Positions 27,442 through 39,768 of a stretch of 64,000 nt of DNA are shown piece after piece. A program made the position numbers and the translations under genes. The notes beneath the pieces are model-generated. The model was given only the letters and a program-made list of their open reading frames with translations, ran no database searches and was not told the DNA's origin. Numbering within the stretch: the stretch's first letter is position 1; each line of letters starts with the position of its first letter. Origin of the DNA: Octopus vulgaris. Lineage: Eukaryota. The DNA is taken from contig OX597815.1 of assembly GCA_951406725.2 (NCBI GenBank), positions 150,598,001 through 150,662,000 of the forward strand, read 5' to 3'.

Positions 27442-27907
27442 ACATGTGTATGTGTGCACGCGAGGGTGCGTGTGTGTACTCTTGCAAGTGTGTATATATG
27501 TGTGTGTTCATGTGTCCTTGTTTTATGCTTTTATTTCTTGTAAACCATTGCTGCGTCCCTTTATGCCTAAGCTTAACTTAACGATTTTGAAAATATAGAC
27601 GAATAACTGAAATTTAAATATAAGTCTTAGAGTCTATATGTTCGAATACAGTCCTTGAAGTCAATGCTCCATTATGGCTGCAGTCCAATAATGAGATTGA
27701 GTATAGTGAAATATAAGCTGCTTATTGTATTTCATTGTTATTTATCTGTATAGGCGCAGACGTGGGTGTGTGCTAAGAACTTTGATTCACAACCATGTGG
27801 TGCCAAGTTACGAGTGGCATCATGCAGTAGTGTAGGAGTTCCCAACCTGGAGGTCTGTGGTTCCCTGATGGTCCGCAAAGGAAGTGCTCATTGTTCGTGA
27901 CTTAAAT

Positions 27908-27978
<71 letters not shown>

Positions 27979-28157
27979 TTTACTAATAAGAAAATGGAAA
28001 AATTTACTTGGATTATCAGCTTTAGGATATTAGAATGTTGACTTATTTATTTAACAAAACGAGAACCATAATAACATACATATATACATTAAAATTCAAC
28101 ACATATAAGATAAGAATACAATTAAAAAACCTTAATATAGATTATTGAAATCATTAA

Positions 28158-28283
28158 AATCACTTACAGCTGTTTCAGCCTTTGGTAATGGTAATTTGTA
28201 GTGCTCATAAATGTCAATTTATTGAGGTTGTGAGCAGTTAAAAATGAGGTACTTATATATTTCCATAGGCCTCGTCAGAGATT
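28158..28283 (-). ncRNA. Type I hammerhead ribozyme motif (C3-G8) with a long stem II loop
   Basis: AAUCU-CUGACGA-GGCCU...AGGCU-GAAACAGCUGU-A-AG; palindromic stem III; stem I imperfect. Confidence 0.7.
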
Positions 28284-28389
28284 ATAAAGTACATTCAAAA
28301 TATAAATATATACATGAAACAAGACACACGTACAAATCAATATATATAAATACACACACACACACATACACACACACACATACACACAC

Positions 28390-28432
<43 letters not shown>

Positions 28433-28526
28433 TATATTTACATAAGCAAATATATACACCTATACATGTATATAAACCTATAAATAGACATAATTAAACA
28501 GACATACAAGAATATAGACAATTATT

Positions 28527-28601
<75 letters not shown>

Positions 28602-28676
28602 TACATATATACATGCTGGAGCGCAACATAGACATCCATGCCTATGAGTACATATTAAATATTTAATTATTACTAA

Positions 28677-28786
<110 letters not shown>

Positions 28787-29449
28787 ATATTAGTTTCTGT
28801 GTAATCATCATTTCACAATACACAGTATAGAAGATTCAAATATATAGTATACCACAATACAATGAACAGACGTATATGATAGATGTAATCTTAATTTTAA
28901 AATCATAGTCAATATATTAATATATCATAATATCATAACAGTTATACTAGAGCTACTGCATTATAATTCATCATACACATAAGTACATGCATATATATAT
29001 ATAGCTTAGGGTGTGGTAATCATTATATTGGCCAAACAGGAATATCACTCCGTCGAAGAACCACTCCGCAAAAACAAATCTGCCAACCACAATACAGACA
29101 GATACAGAACAGTGAACACATAGAAAGATGTGCTAGGAACCTTAATCCTAATTTCCTAATTTCCCCCTTCTATCAATGTTCACAGAACCCCTCAGTATGA
29201 TAAAAAATGAATAAAGAGGCAACTTTCATCAATAAATAACTTCCACAACTCAATATGAACACATAACTTAATACAGAACACTACTAACCTTTCAATTAAT
29301 ACCATCTATACATTCTATATACCATTCACATTACAGATCTATATCTACCCTAATTGCACCAAATCCAGAACTACTTACCTCACTTACACATAATCTTTTT
29401 ACTCAGGGACTAGTATACCCAACACGGTTCAGTAATCGGTGTGTATTCA

Positions 29450-29485
29450 AAGCAGTGATCAGTAATTTACGAAACCGGTATGATT
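29450..29485 (+). ncRNA. Minimal hammerhead-like motif with G3-C8 core
   Basis: AAGCA-GUGAUCA-GUAAUUUAC-GAAACCGGU-A-UGAUU. Confidence 0.65.
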
Positions 29486-29819
29486 TTAAATCTCTTTAAC
29501 AATTCACAATAATGACTTTTATTACCTTTATTCCTACCTCAGTTCATCTAATTGTATATATCTATCGTTACTTTTCATAAAAAGCCTTTACTTTTTTATC
29601 TCCAATGTGCATTTTCGCTTAATTTTCTTCTTACTTTCCCCTTACATTTCCACGTATAGTTTCTATTTTCTGTTTGTAATATATTTCTGTTATATATGTA
29701 TATATATATATTACTCAATGAAATTCCAACTTCGATTTTCACGCTTTATTTAAAATCTTATAATAATATAATATAATATAATATAACGAAATGATACAAT
29801 ATTAAATCTCCACTCTAAG

Positions 29820-29864
29820 TGAACTAGTACTTTCATGCATTAAACTATGCAATCGTCAGGTTCA
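29820..29864 (-). ncRNA. Minimal type I hammerhead (canonical C3-G8)
   Basis: UGAAC-CUGACGA-U-UGCAU-AGUUUA-AUGCA-U-GAAAGUACU-A-GUUCA; perfect 5-bp stem I. Confidence 0.8.
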
Positions 29865-29884
29865 TGCAGTTATGGCGACAGTTA

Positions 29885-29956
<72 letters not shown>

Positions 29957-30194
29957 TATATATATATATATATATATATAGTAGAAATATGTTACAAAAA
30001 GAAAATATAAAATACACGCGGAAATGTAAGGGTAAAATATGAAAAATCAACGAAAATGCACATTGCAAATAAAAAAAAGGCTTTTTATGACAGGTAACGA
30101 CAAATATATACATTTAGATTGATTGAGGTAGTAATAAAAGTCATAAAAGTCATTATTGTGAGATGATTATAAGATGATAATAAAGTAAGAAAAC

Positions 30195-30236
30195 AAAGCG
30201 AACCATGGTTTCCGCAAAAAATCTATTCATCGCTTT
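30195..30236 (-). ncRNA. Minimal hammerhead-like motif with A3-U8 core (stem II degenerate)
   Basis: AAAGCG-AUGAAUA-GAUUUUUUGCG-GAAACCAUGGU-U-CGCUUU; perfect 6-bp stem I. Confidence 0.55.
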
Positions 30237-30258
30237 GAAAACACCGGCTAATACACTA

Positions 30259-30340
<82 letters not shown>

Positions 30341-30434
30341 ATAAACATATTAAAAGTGTCCATGAGAAAACTCATTTAGATAAAAGTGCTGGGAACCACT
30401 GTGAGTAGGTTGGGAACCACATATTTTATAGTGT

Positions 30435-30765
30435 CTTCAACTCTGGGCGCGAGCCGACAAAAGCCTTGGAAGTGGATTTGGTACATGGAAACGGACAGAA
30501 GCACGTTGTATATGTGTGTGTGAATGTGCATCAAAGAGTGTGCGCGCGCGAGCGCTTTTACATATTTGTTTGTACCCCACCACGTCTTGTCAACCGGTGT
30601 TGGTATGTTTACGTTCCCGTAACTTTGCGGTTCGGTAAAGGTGTCTGATAGAATAAATATCAGGCTTTGAAAAATAAGCACTGGAGTCGATTCCTTCGAC
30701 TAAGTATTTTTCAAGGCTGTGACCCAGCTTACCCACAGCCTAATTACTGGAACAAGTAAAAGATG
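30435..30765 (+). mobile_element. SINE family A, 5'-truncated
   Basis: gccgacaaaagccttggaagtggatttggta...cgttcccgtaactttgcggttcgg...actggaacaagtaaaaga. Confidence 0.75.
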
Positions 30766-30781
30766 AAAGAGATAGATACAC

Positions 30782-30854
<73 letters not shown>

Positions 30855-31515
30855 TGCAATCAAGCAGGCAGAGAGAGAGGGGGGGGAAAGAGAGAGAGAG
30901 AGAGAAAGAAAGCGTCTTTGAGATTGAGACACATACAGGCGGACAGACATACTGACAGAGAAATAAACAATCAGTCAGAAAGAGAGAGAGGGTGGGGTGG
31001 ACGCTTCATTACTGTGACGAAATCTCTCATTACTCTATATCAGTTAATTAGTTAAGTTTTGAGACGGAAATGAAAATGAAAACACATTAAACGTATGAAG
31101 TGTAATGTCCATTAGAAAAGATATTCATCTGTTCATTAAGTTTGCTGACAAATTAGATTCACATGGACAAAATTCCGTTGTGTTTCACTCGCTTTCAATC
31201 CGGTCATCATTATAATGGCCGTTCGGAAGACATTTCCAGCAACACTGCTTTCCTTTGATCACGACTAACACAAATAGCTTTAATGTTCGCTGACATTTCT
31301 GCTAGACATGACGTACTCTATTGTATTAGACTTACTGTCATTATTGCGTCGTGGCTGTGTTTATAGTAACTATTAATGAATACTTTAATATAGACATACA
31401 TATAGACACAGAGACAGATAAACACATTTTGTTCTTTTACTAAGTTTCAGTAACTGAACTGCGGCCATGCTAGGGCAGCATCTGAAAGAATTTTAATCGA
31501 TTACATCGACACCAG

Positions 31516-32432
31516 AGGCCGGTAATTTCTTAAGAAGTTATCACAAACCCATTTGAAGGCATGCCAAACTTTTAGCCCAAGTACTGCAAGTGTTTCCTGA
31601 AATGTTTTATTTTTTGATACCTCTCTGGCTTAAGATCATGTAATGGCTCCCACTTGAATTTTCTTTTTCAGAATTAATAACTTCGAAACTTATATAAATT
31701 TAATACGTTAGCTTTGCTTCTCTTACAAGCTATTTGGCGGCCATTTATTGTACAAACTGAATTTATTACCCCTGCGTTCTGTCATAAAATTCTGTCATCT
31801 AATTGACAGCCACTTTCTGTACAGATTTAAAGCGTTGCTCTGATTTTGATCGACCATGTAGTTAAGAGACACTCACTGTACATATTTAATGTGTTGACCC
31901 CGGCTTCTCTCAGCCGCCTTGACAATCATTTACTGTACAAATTTAATATTATGACCCCTGACGTCATTTGATCACACAGTTGATAGACACACGTTGGACA
32001 AATTCAGTACGTTACAATTGGTTTCACTTGGCTACGCCGTAAACTGTCAGAATATAGTGTTATACCTTTTTAAGATATTATGCGATGTGATATATTTGTG
32101 AAGCAAAGAATATCTGGGTGAATTTTATATTTTCTAAATATGTTGATAGTTTGGTTAGAAAATATTATAATCATGAAATAAAAGATGTTTGTAAAATCAA
32201 TATATAAGACCAATTATCACATTTGTGCATTTATGGGTAAATTTAAAGATAAATATATAAAACATTTATGCTGAATCTTAAATTATAAGTTAGGCAATGA
32301 ACCAAAATTTGAATGGTCATATCTCAAAAAATATACGCGCTAAGGAAAAAAGCAGAAAGAACTTCAATATCAGTGTAAAAACACTTTGAACACATTAAAG
32401 ACTATCTTCGAAAAATACTACTTGTCGACCTG
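31516..32432. mobile_element. Putative non-autonomous DNA transposon with internal degenerate tandem repeats of about 57 bp (31730-32070)
   Basis: Interrupts a SINE-A tail; weak terminal inverted similarity (GAGGCCGGTAAT / ACTTGTCGACCTG); repeated CATTTACTGTACAAATTTAAT. Confidence 0.35.
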
Positions 32433-33053
32433 CTTTTCTATGATTTAATGTTCTTTGTATCCTTAATGTGAGTTGAGGTATTGCTAACAATTTGTTTAAG
32501 GTATCTACCAAAACAGATATCACAAGATATTTTATAAGAAAAGATGTTATATAAGGTATAAGTTATATAAATATCATCTTGCTACAGTAATAGAAAATAT
32601 TAAGAGTAGAAGTTTTAAACAACTATCTGCATACAATTATTTCCGTTTCTGCAATTATTATTTTAATTGTCTAAATTATCCTTTTAATAATTAAAGGTTT
32701 CGAAAAGTTTGCTTAAATAACAGGAAGATATTTACAAAATATAATTCAGTTTCAGAAATTTTCAGTAAATCCATTCAATTTACCATATAAACCACATAGA
32801 TATACTTTCGAAAATCATGGAAGATTTTTCTCACACGGATTCTTCATGAACTATAAAATCATTTAGAAGATAGAACTTGCAGATCACACTTTTCAGAGAA
32901 ACAGCTGTAGGAATTTTAGAATATGGGAAAGAAACATGCATATATTCTTCGACTAATTGATTATTGAGGGTATCCCTTATATGTGTCGGCGGGAACGTTT
33001 CTGTATATATGTTTGTACACACTTTGTGTGTATACACACACACACACATATAC

Positions 33054-33158
<105 letters not shown>

Positions 33159-33257
33159 CCAAAGAGTGAGATAAAGATACTTATTTACATACGAAAATAC
33201 TCTATATAGCGGAAGATGTGTATTACTGTATATTTACACATAAAAACTGACGAAGTG

Positions 33258-33328
<71 letters not shown>

Positions 33329-33330
<2 letters not shown>

Positions 33331-33662
33331 CAATTGCAGCGTGGAAGGTGTTTATAAGCCATTTAAGAAACACACAAAAGCCGTTCGATTCACTTCAACA
33401 TTTAAGTTTAATTTGTCAAAATATTTTCGTCGCTAAAATCCGCAACCTGTTCACTGACAAAGTCCGTGCTGCATCACGAGATGCAGCACGGACTTTGTCA
33501 GTGAACAGGTCGCGGATTTTAGCGACGAATTTGTCAGTGAACAGGTCGCGGATTTTAGCGACGAAAATATTTTGACAAATTAAACTTAAATGTTGAAGTG
33601 AATCGAACGGCTTTTATGTGTTTCTTAAATGGCTTATAAACACCTTCCACGCTGCAATTGTT
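33329..33662. repeat. Near-perfect palindrome (arms of about 147 bp, 4-nt spacer) with a 36-bp tandem duplication in the right arm
   Basis: AACAATTGCAGC...GCTGCATC-ACGA-GATGCAGC...GCTGCAATTGTT. Confidence 0.97.
33530..33579 (+). ncRNA. Minimal hammerhead-like motif with G3-C8 core (mirror copy 33412-33461 on minus)
   Basis: UUUGUCA-GUGAACA-G-GUCGC-GGAUUUUA-GCGAC-GAAAAUAUU-U-UGACAAA; 7-bp stem I, 5-bp stem II, palindromic stem III. Confidence 0.75.
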
Positions 33663-33721
33663 TTCGTTTCAGCACACGATCTCAGATCAAATTACTTGCT
33701 ATGCGAGTACATCTCCGTAAT

Positions 33722-33900
33722 ATATATATATATATAAAACTGAGAATGTGTGTCTGTCTGTGTGAATCCCTAAAACTTGAGAACTACACAGCGAATTTCA
33801 TTCAAATTTTAGACATGCCTTACTTCTTGCTAGGGCGAGCCCACAGCAATATCACATCTTCTCCACTATTTCAGTATTACATGTTAAAAGTGAAACAAGC
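33722..33900 (+). mobile_element. Helitron-like non-autonomous 5' end
   Basis: (TA)n-ATAAAACTGAGAATGTGTGTCTGTCTG...AACTACACAGCGAATTTCATTCAAATTTT resembles 5' ends of invertebrate non-autonomous Helitrons. Confidence 0.5.
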
Positions 33901-33953
33901 ATCTCTCTATTGTATGTATATGGATGTATATATATATATATATTTATATATAT

Positions 33954-35540
33954 TGGTAAAAACGGTAAGATAACAAAAGAAAGAAAGAGACCTCAATATT
34001 ATGTAAATAGAGGAAATTTATCTGTAAAATAATATGTTACATTTACTCAATAGTCAAGATAAAACTCTGAGTTTCAGATGCCGAAGTGGAAATCCACAAC
34101 ACCATCTCTTCGGTTATCTGGCCATCTGAAAAACGCTATGAAAAAATACTGTTATATAAAGGGAAATTACTGTGTTATAATTCTGCTCGCGAACCCACGT
34201 GCGTACTTATACGTCACTATGAAAACGTACACATCTTCACTCGCATTTTCAATAAACACAATTTAAAAATTAGTTTAGTTCTACTACCAATTTTAAAAAT
34301 ATAATCACACATAACACACAAAAACCACAACAAGAAAACAGCTGTTCATGCAGGAATACAAAAATTGTGCCCGCTAAATGGAGCTTGCATGTCCGAGACC
34401 ATCATCTATGAAGCTACCGTGGACTCTATAACCACTAAAGACACCGTTTCGACGAAGAAATACGTGGGCCTTATAGAGGGTAATTTCAAGGCCAGGTTCA
34501 ATAACCACACCTTGAGTTTTAGGCACTGAAACAAAAGAAAAGCGACAAAATTATCTAATCATATTTGGTCTTTAAAAGATAAAGGTGTCGATTATAACAT
34601 CCATTGGAAGATTTTGGCCAAATGTAAGCCCTACACCAACGGCAGCGGAAGGTGCAGTCTATGCGACATGGAGAGATGGCTTATCTGGAAATGTGACTAA
34701 ATTTTTGATACGTTTTTGGTCCCCTAAAAAAAAACAGATAGAACTTGCTTTCTATATTATGTCCCAAAAAGTTTTTAATCTCATTATACCTTTTATTATT
34801 TCATATATATTTTTATATTTTCACACATATTAATTTTTTCTGTACTTTTCTATCCTGCATTTTTTCCTGTGCCTATATAGATGTGTATATAGATTCATTT
34901 GTACACGTGTGTGAATATGTATGAGTGGGCAGTTTTAGATGTGTGCGTGTGTGCGGGCATAAGAATGCATATATATATATAGACGTTTTTACTTAGTATT
35001 TTTCAAATTTTTTTTTGGGTGGGGGGGGGGCATATGTATATTCAATTTTTGTATATGCGTGTGTATGTATGTGTATATAGATATGTGCGGGTATGTACAT
35101 ATATGGGCGTGTGTGTGTATGAGTGCATAGGGGCATGTCCGTATATGAACGTGGTTTTTATGCTTTGTATACTTCCTTATGTTTTTTTCTGTTACCTTTA
35201 ACCATGGTTTTTCTTGCGCTTGTGCGTATATAGACGTATGTATGAACTTTTACGGTACGCATGTGTGTGTGTGTATGAGTTTGTATATATATGCGTATAT
35301 ATTTGGCGAAAAATGCGAGAGAAGATGTGTACGTTTTCATAGTGACGTTTAAGTACGTACGTGGGTTCGCGAGCAGAATTATAACATAGTAATTTCCCTT
35401 TATATAACGGTATTTTTTCATAGCGTTTTTCAGATGGCCAGATAACCGAAGAGATGGTGTTGTGGATTTCCACTTCGGCATCTGAAACTCAGAGTTTTAT
35501 CTTGACTATTGAGTAAAAGTAACATATTACTTTATAGATA
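33954..35540 (+). mobile_element. 5'-truncated Penelope-like (Naiad-like) element with inverted pseudo-LTRs and a GIY-YIG remnant (about 34340-34690)
   Basis: About 230-bp inverted repeat at 34020-34250 / 35308-35540; CSCRN..CPLNGAC..ETIIYEATV...KYVGLIEGNFKARFNNH...WKILAKCKPY..GSGRCSLCDMER. Confidence 0.88.
35440..35502 (+). ncRNA. Hammerhead-like motif in the pLTR (C3-G8, U4C); mirror copy at about 34056-34118 on minus
   Basis: AGAUAA-CCGAAGA-GAUG...CAUC-U-GAAACUC-A-GAGU-U-UUAUCU. Confidence 0.65.
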
Positions 35541-35605
<65 letters not shown>

Positions 35606-35631
35606 ATATATATGGATGTATATATATGCAT

Positions 35632-36025
35632 CAAAGGGTGGAGGAACTCTTGAGAGTCAACGGCCATCCAATAAGTGTCGTAAGGCTGTATCATGCGCGG
35701 GGACATAGAAATAATCGAACTGAATACCCGATCGCGCGGTTAAACCATTGGGAGTGAAGGACTTTGTTAGGGCATCCTTCTAGGAGAAGGTAACTCAGGT
35801 AACTGGGATAACTCCGACATAAAACCTGCGGCTCAGTGGTTACCGATGATGTTGACTTGTTCTTCTTTTCGGATTATGACTGCTGTTGCTTAGTGAGTGG
35901 GATTGACTCAGTGCACAGCCTTTCCTCACTTTAAAAAAAATATTCTTGCACAGGCATTGCACGATAACAACATTGATTAAGCCTCGTGCAATGGCCATAC
36001 TCGATAACGAGGGCGCACCCACCAT
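35632..36025 (+). mobile_element. RTE-derived short non-autonomous retroelement
   Basis: GGCATCCTTCTAGGAGAAGGTAACTC resembles an RTE 5'UTR motif; flanked by (TA)n. Confidence 0.45.
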
Positions 36026-36035
36026 ATATATATAT

Positions 36036-36379
36036 AACTTATAAATAAGGGCAAACGAAAAAAATTCTAATGCCAAATATGCCGAAATTAGACACATTGT
36101 CTATAACCATATATTTTTCACAATACGCACGCTACTCGAAAAAAGGTCGACAGAAATCTCTAAAAAATTTCATTATTACCATATCGGACCGATTTCAGGG
36201 TTAGTTCATAAGAACCCTCCCTTCGTCAATGATAAATGTGGCAAAGAAATAAAAGAGATACTTACTCATACCCATGGAAGAAGCAAACATTAAGTCATGA
36301 GCACAATTAAGTACCCCAAAAACATCCAAAATAGAAATTCTCCAGACCATTCAAGACACGTGTGATTTGAACTGAAGCT

Positions 36380-36414
<35 letters not shown>

Positions 36415-36920
36415 CGGAAGTGAACACTATTAAATTTATATTTAATGTAGGATAGAACACTATTAAATTTATATTTAATGTAGGATAAAAATTTTTATCA
36501 ATGGCCAGCATATTAAAAAATAACTTTAAAGGTTAAATCTATAAACAACTTATAAATAAGGGCAAACGAAAAAATTTCTAATGCCAAATATGCCGAAATT
36601 AGACACATTGTCCATAATCATATATTTTTCACAATACGCACGCTACTCGAAAAAAGGTCGACAGAAATTTTTTTAAAATTCCATTATTACCATATCAGAC
36701 CGATTTCAGGGTTTGTTCATAAGAACCCTCCTTTCGTCAATGATAAATTTGGCAAAGAAATAAAAGAGATACTTACTCATACCCATGGAAGAAGCAAACA
36801 CTAAGTCATGAGCACAATTAAGTACCCCAAATACATCCAAAATATAAATTCTCCAGGTAATTTTTAATATGCTGACCATTGATAAAATTTTTTTTAAAAA
36901 AATTCCATCCTACATTAAAT
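36036..36920 (-). repeat. Tandem pLTR-like duplication (period 511 bp), each unit with a U3-G8 hammerhead-like motif (36182-36234, 36693-36745)
   Basis: About 310-bp direct repeat; UAUCA-UUGACGA-AAGG-AGGGUU..AACCCU-GAAAUCGGU-C-UGAUA; about 45-60-bp inverted ends at 36471-36518 / 36861-36920. Confidence 0.8.
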
Positions 36921-37132
36921 ATATATATACATGTATATATATATACCTGTATATGTATACATGTATATGTATAGCTGTATATGTATACATGTATATGTAA
37001 ACATGTGTGTCTATATGTATATATAGATGTACATGTAATATGTACGCATATATATATACACATATATACATGCATACATATATACACCCATACATACATA
37101 CACACACACCGATACACCCACCCCATACATAC

Positions 37133-37518
37133 ATAGGTGCAGATGTGGCTGTGTGGTATCAAACTTGGTTCCAAAATACATGGTCCTCAGTTCAGTCCCA
37201 CTATGTGGTAACTTGGCATGTGTCTTCTGCTATAGCCTGAGACTAACCAAAGCCGTGTCAGTGGATTTTGTAGACATAAACTGAAAGAAATCAATTGTAT
37301 GTATATGTATGAATATATGTAAGTCTATTTGTGTGTCTGTGTTTCTCCCTCATCACCGCTTCACAACTGGTGTTTCTTTTATTTACATCCCCATAACTTA
37401 CTGGTTTCACAAGAAGAAACTGATAGAATAAGTACCAGGCTTATCAAAATATAAAAAAGCACTACGCAGTGTCTCATATTTTTGATTGTCCACTCAGTTG
37501 TATCTATCAATTTATCTT

Positions 37519-37569
<51 letters not shown>

Positions 37570-37830
37570 ATTTCGTAGACAGGAACTGAAACAAATCAAT
37601 CGTATATATATGTATGTATATATGTAAGTGCATGTGTGGTCTTTGTCTCTGTGTTTCGCCATTATCACCGCTTCACAACTGGTGTTTCTTTTATTTACAT
37701 CCACATAACTTACTGGTTTCACAAGAACAAACTAATAGAATAAGTACTAAGCTTATCAACATAAAAACGCACTAGGCTGTGTCTCATATTTTTGTTTGCC
37801 CACTCAGTTGTATCTATCAATTTATCTTTG

Positions 37831-37835
<5 letters not shown>
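37133..37835 (+). mobile_element. SINE family A with a tandem duplication of its 3' part plus flank around a (TA)n tract
   Basis: 37263-37525 is repeated at 37568-37835. Confidence 0.8.
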
Positions 37836-37862
<27 letters not shown>

Positions 37863-39040
37863 ACACCCTAATGGGGGCTTTAACTCCCAAATTTAGTCAT
37901 TTCTTTTATGATCCAAAACTAGGTCAAAAGTACTGAATGGATCTTTATGAAATTTGGAAATTATATTCTATGCATAAGGGCCATAACCCCCATGATAATT
38001 CATATATTTTTGCTGTTTATGACATTTTAAGCATAGGTATTAGACACAAATGAAGTATTATTTATAAAATTTCATCTTCTTACAAAGTTAGAAAGACTCC
38101 TCCATGGGGACTTAACACCCACAATTTTGTCATTTTATCTAAGCAAAAACGAATGCAGTTGTGAACTTGGAAGCTGTAGGGTTACCTGAGCATAAAAGTT
38201 GGACATTATTTCTAATTCAATGGTACAACAGTGTAACAGTTTGCTTTGACATACACTTACATTTTGATTTCTGCAATGTGGTGCATAAATTGTCAAGTAA
38301 ATGAGAGGCATCTTTGCCTCCACTGATTCAGTTGCAAAGTGTTGAGTAAAGTTATTTGATTGCAGACCTCCTTTCAGTCTTTTTATTATCACTCGGTCAC
38401 ATATAGTCCCCAGATGGTAACATTCATTTCAAGGCCTTCCCAGATGAGTGACTGGTTATTCAAAGACATTTATAGATTTTAAATTTATTCTGTCCAGTTA
38501 CGTATCAGTATAGTGGTCATTTGCAAATTCCAGAGGTTCACTTTAATTTCTCCTTAGCCCTCACGTCACACAGTTGTTAATGTTGATTTCAGTTGGGTCA
38601 CACCCTTCCAATTGCTATAGATTCGTAATGCATCTTACGGCTATGTCTGTCACCTGGATGGTGAGGAATTCTACATTAGGAGTGGAAACGACTAGGGTAG
38701 GGAAACTGACTCCTTAATGTGATCATTCGTCTTTTGGTTTCCTGTACCTTTGCTCTCTTTTACAAACCCATTGAACATATATTTCTTATTTCAAAGAAAT
38801 TCAAGCAATAGATATAAGACCCAAGTTGAAAAGATTTTCAACAATTCAACTTCTCTGGTTGACATTAAGATGCCCACCCCAAACAGGGGCCTTCACTCTC
38901 ACATTTTAGAACTCCATGACCTCCATTTTTCAGGAGCAAATTTTTTTTAACAGGTTCAATAAGACTGGAATTTTGGAATATGCGCATAAAAATCAGTAGT
39001 ATGGGATACATGTGGTACGATTACAATTTTTTTAGGGTGT
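37863..39040 (-). mobile_element. Possible decayed DNA transposon (weakly hATm-like C-terminus)
   Basis: ACACCCTAA / TTAGGGTGT ends, subterminal repeat ATGGGG.CTTAAC.CCCA.A.TTT.GTCATTT, weak peptide similarity. Confidence 0.3.
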
Positions 39041-39139
39041 GTAAAAAGGTAAATAACACTCATCTGCAATTTTGATGAAATTCGAAGCATAGATATTCCA
39101 GTTCCTTACAGAAAATATAACAGAAAGGTTTAATTCGTC

Positions 39140-39177
39140 AATTGAATGTAACCGAGCAACGCCAGGTATCTCTGGTA

Positions 39178-39179
<2 letters not shown>
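39140..39179 (+). mobile_element. Helitron-like 3' end
   Basis: ACCGAGCAACGCCAGGTATCTCTGGTAGT, a degenerate version of the CCGGGCAACGCCGGG hairpin followed by CTAG-T. Confidence 0.5.
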
Positions 39180-39217
<38 letters not shown>

Positions 39218-39612
39218 TCAAAACATTGATGACGTCACGCTACGCTAGATTGACCACCTAACAGGCATTATAAAACCAAGCATTTCACAAAAAATCACTA
39301 GAACCACCCAGCGAACTTCCACCATGGGTCATCACAATTGCTTAAGGTAAAAATGAATTCCTCGCTCTTTCGGAAACATCAATCTTCTGTATTGACCGCT
39401 TTCCACCACTTTGATCTGTTTTTTGTATTGAATACGTATCGCCACCGTGGGCCACTGCATCGAACACTTTGAAATATATTTCAAACTATATATCAACTAT
39501 ACATGAACTATATATCAACTATACATGAACTCTAAGATGTCTGACTCCGTTGTGTATTATAAATGAATTTCTTGTGTTTGACGGCATGAGCTGTCTCTTT
39601 TTATATATAACT

Positions 39613-39654
39613 TTTTTTGATAAGGTTCATTTCAGGAACTGAAACATGTTATAA
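39613..39654 (+). ncRNA. Minimal hammerhead-like motif with U3-A8 core
   Basis: UUUU-UUGAUAA-GGUUC-AUUUCAG-GAACU-GAAACAUGU-U-AUAA. Confidence 0.65.
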
Positions 39655-39712
39655 TGTATATATAAAAATTAAAAATTGTATAATACAGCAGCATTTTCGA
39701 ACTTCATTTTTT

Positions 39713-39764
<52 letters not shown>

Positions 39765-39768
<4 letters not shown>

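Noticed and set aside
34078-35481. Duplicated ORF MPKWKSTTPSLRLSGHLKNAMKKY as a small protein gene
   Set aside because: It is simply the inverted pLTR duplication, starts at a non-ATG codon and has no recognisable domain
37863-39040. Inside-out hATm TIRs (CACCCTA on the left, TAGGGTG on the right)
   Set aside because: Only a 9-bp match with no TSD; may be chance or a different superfamily
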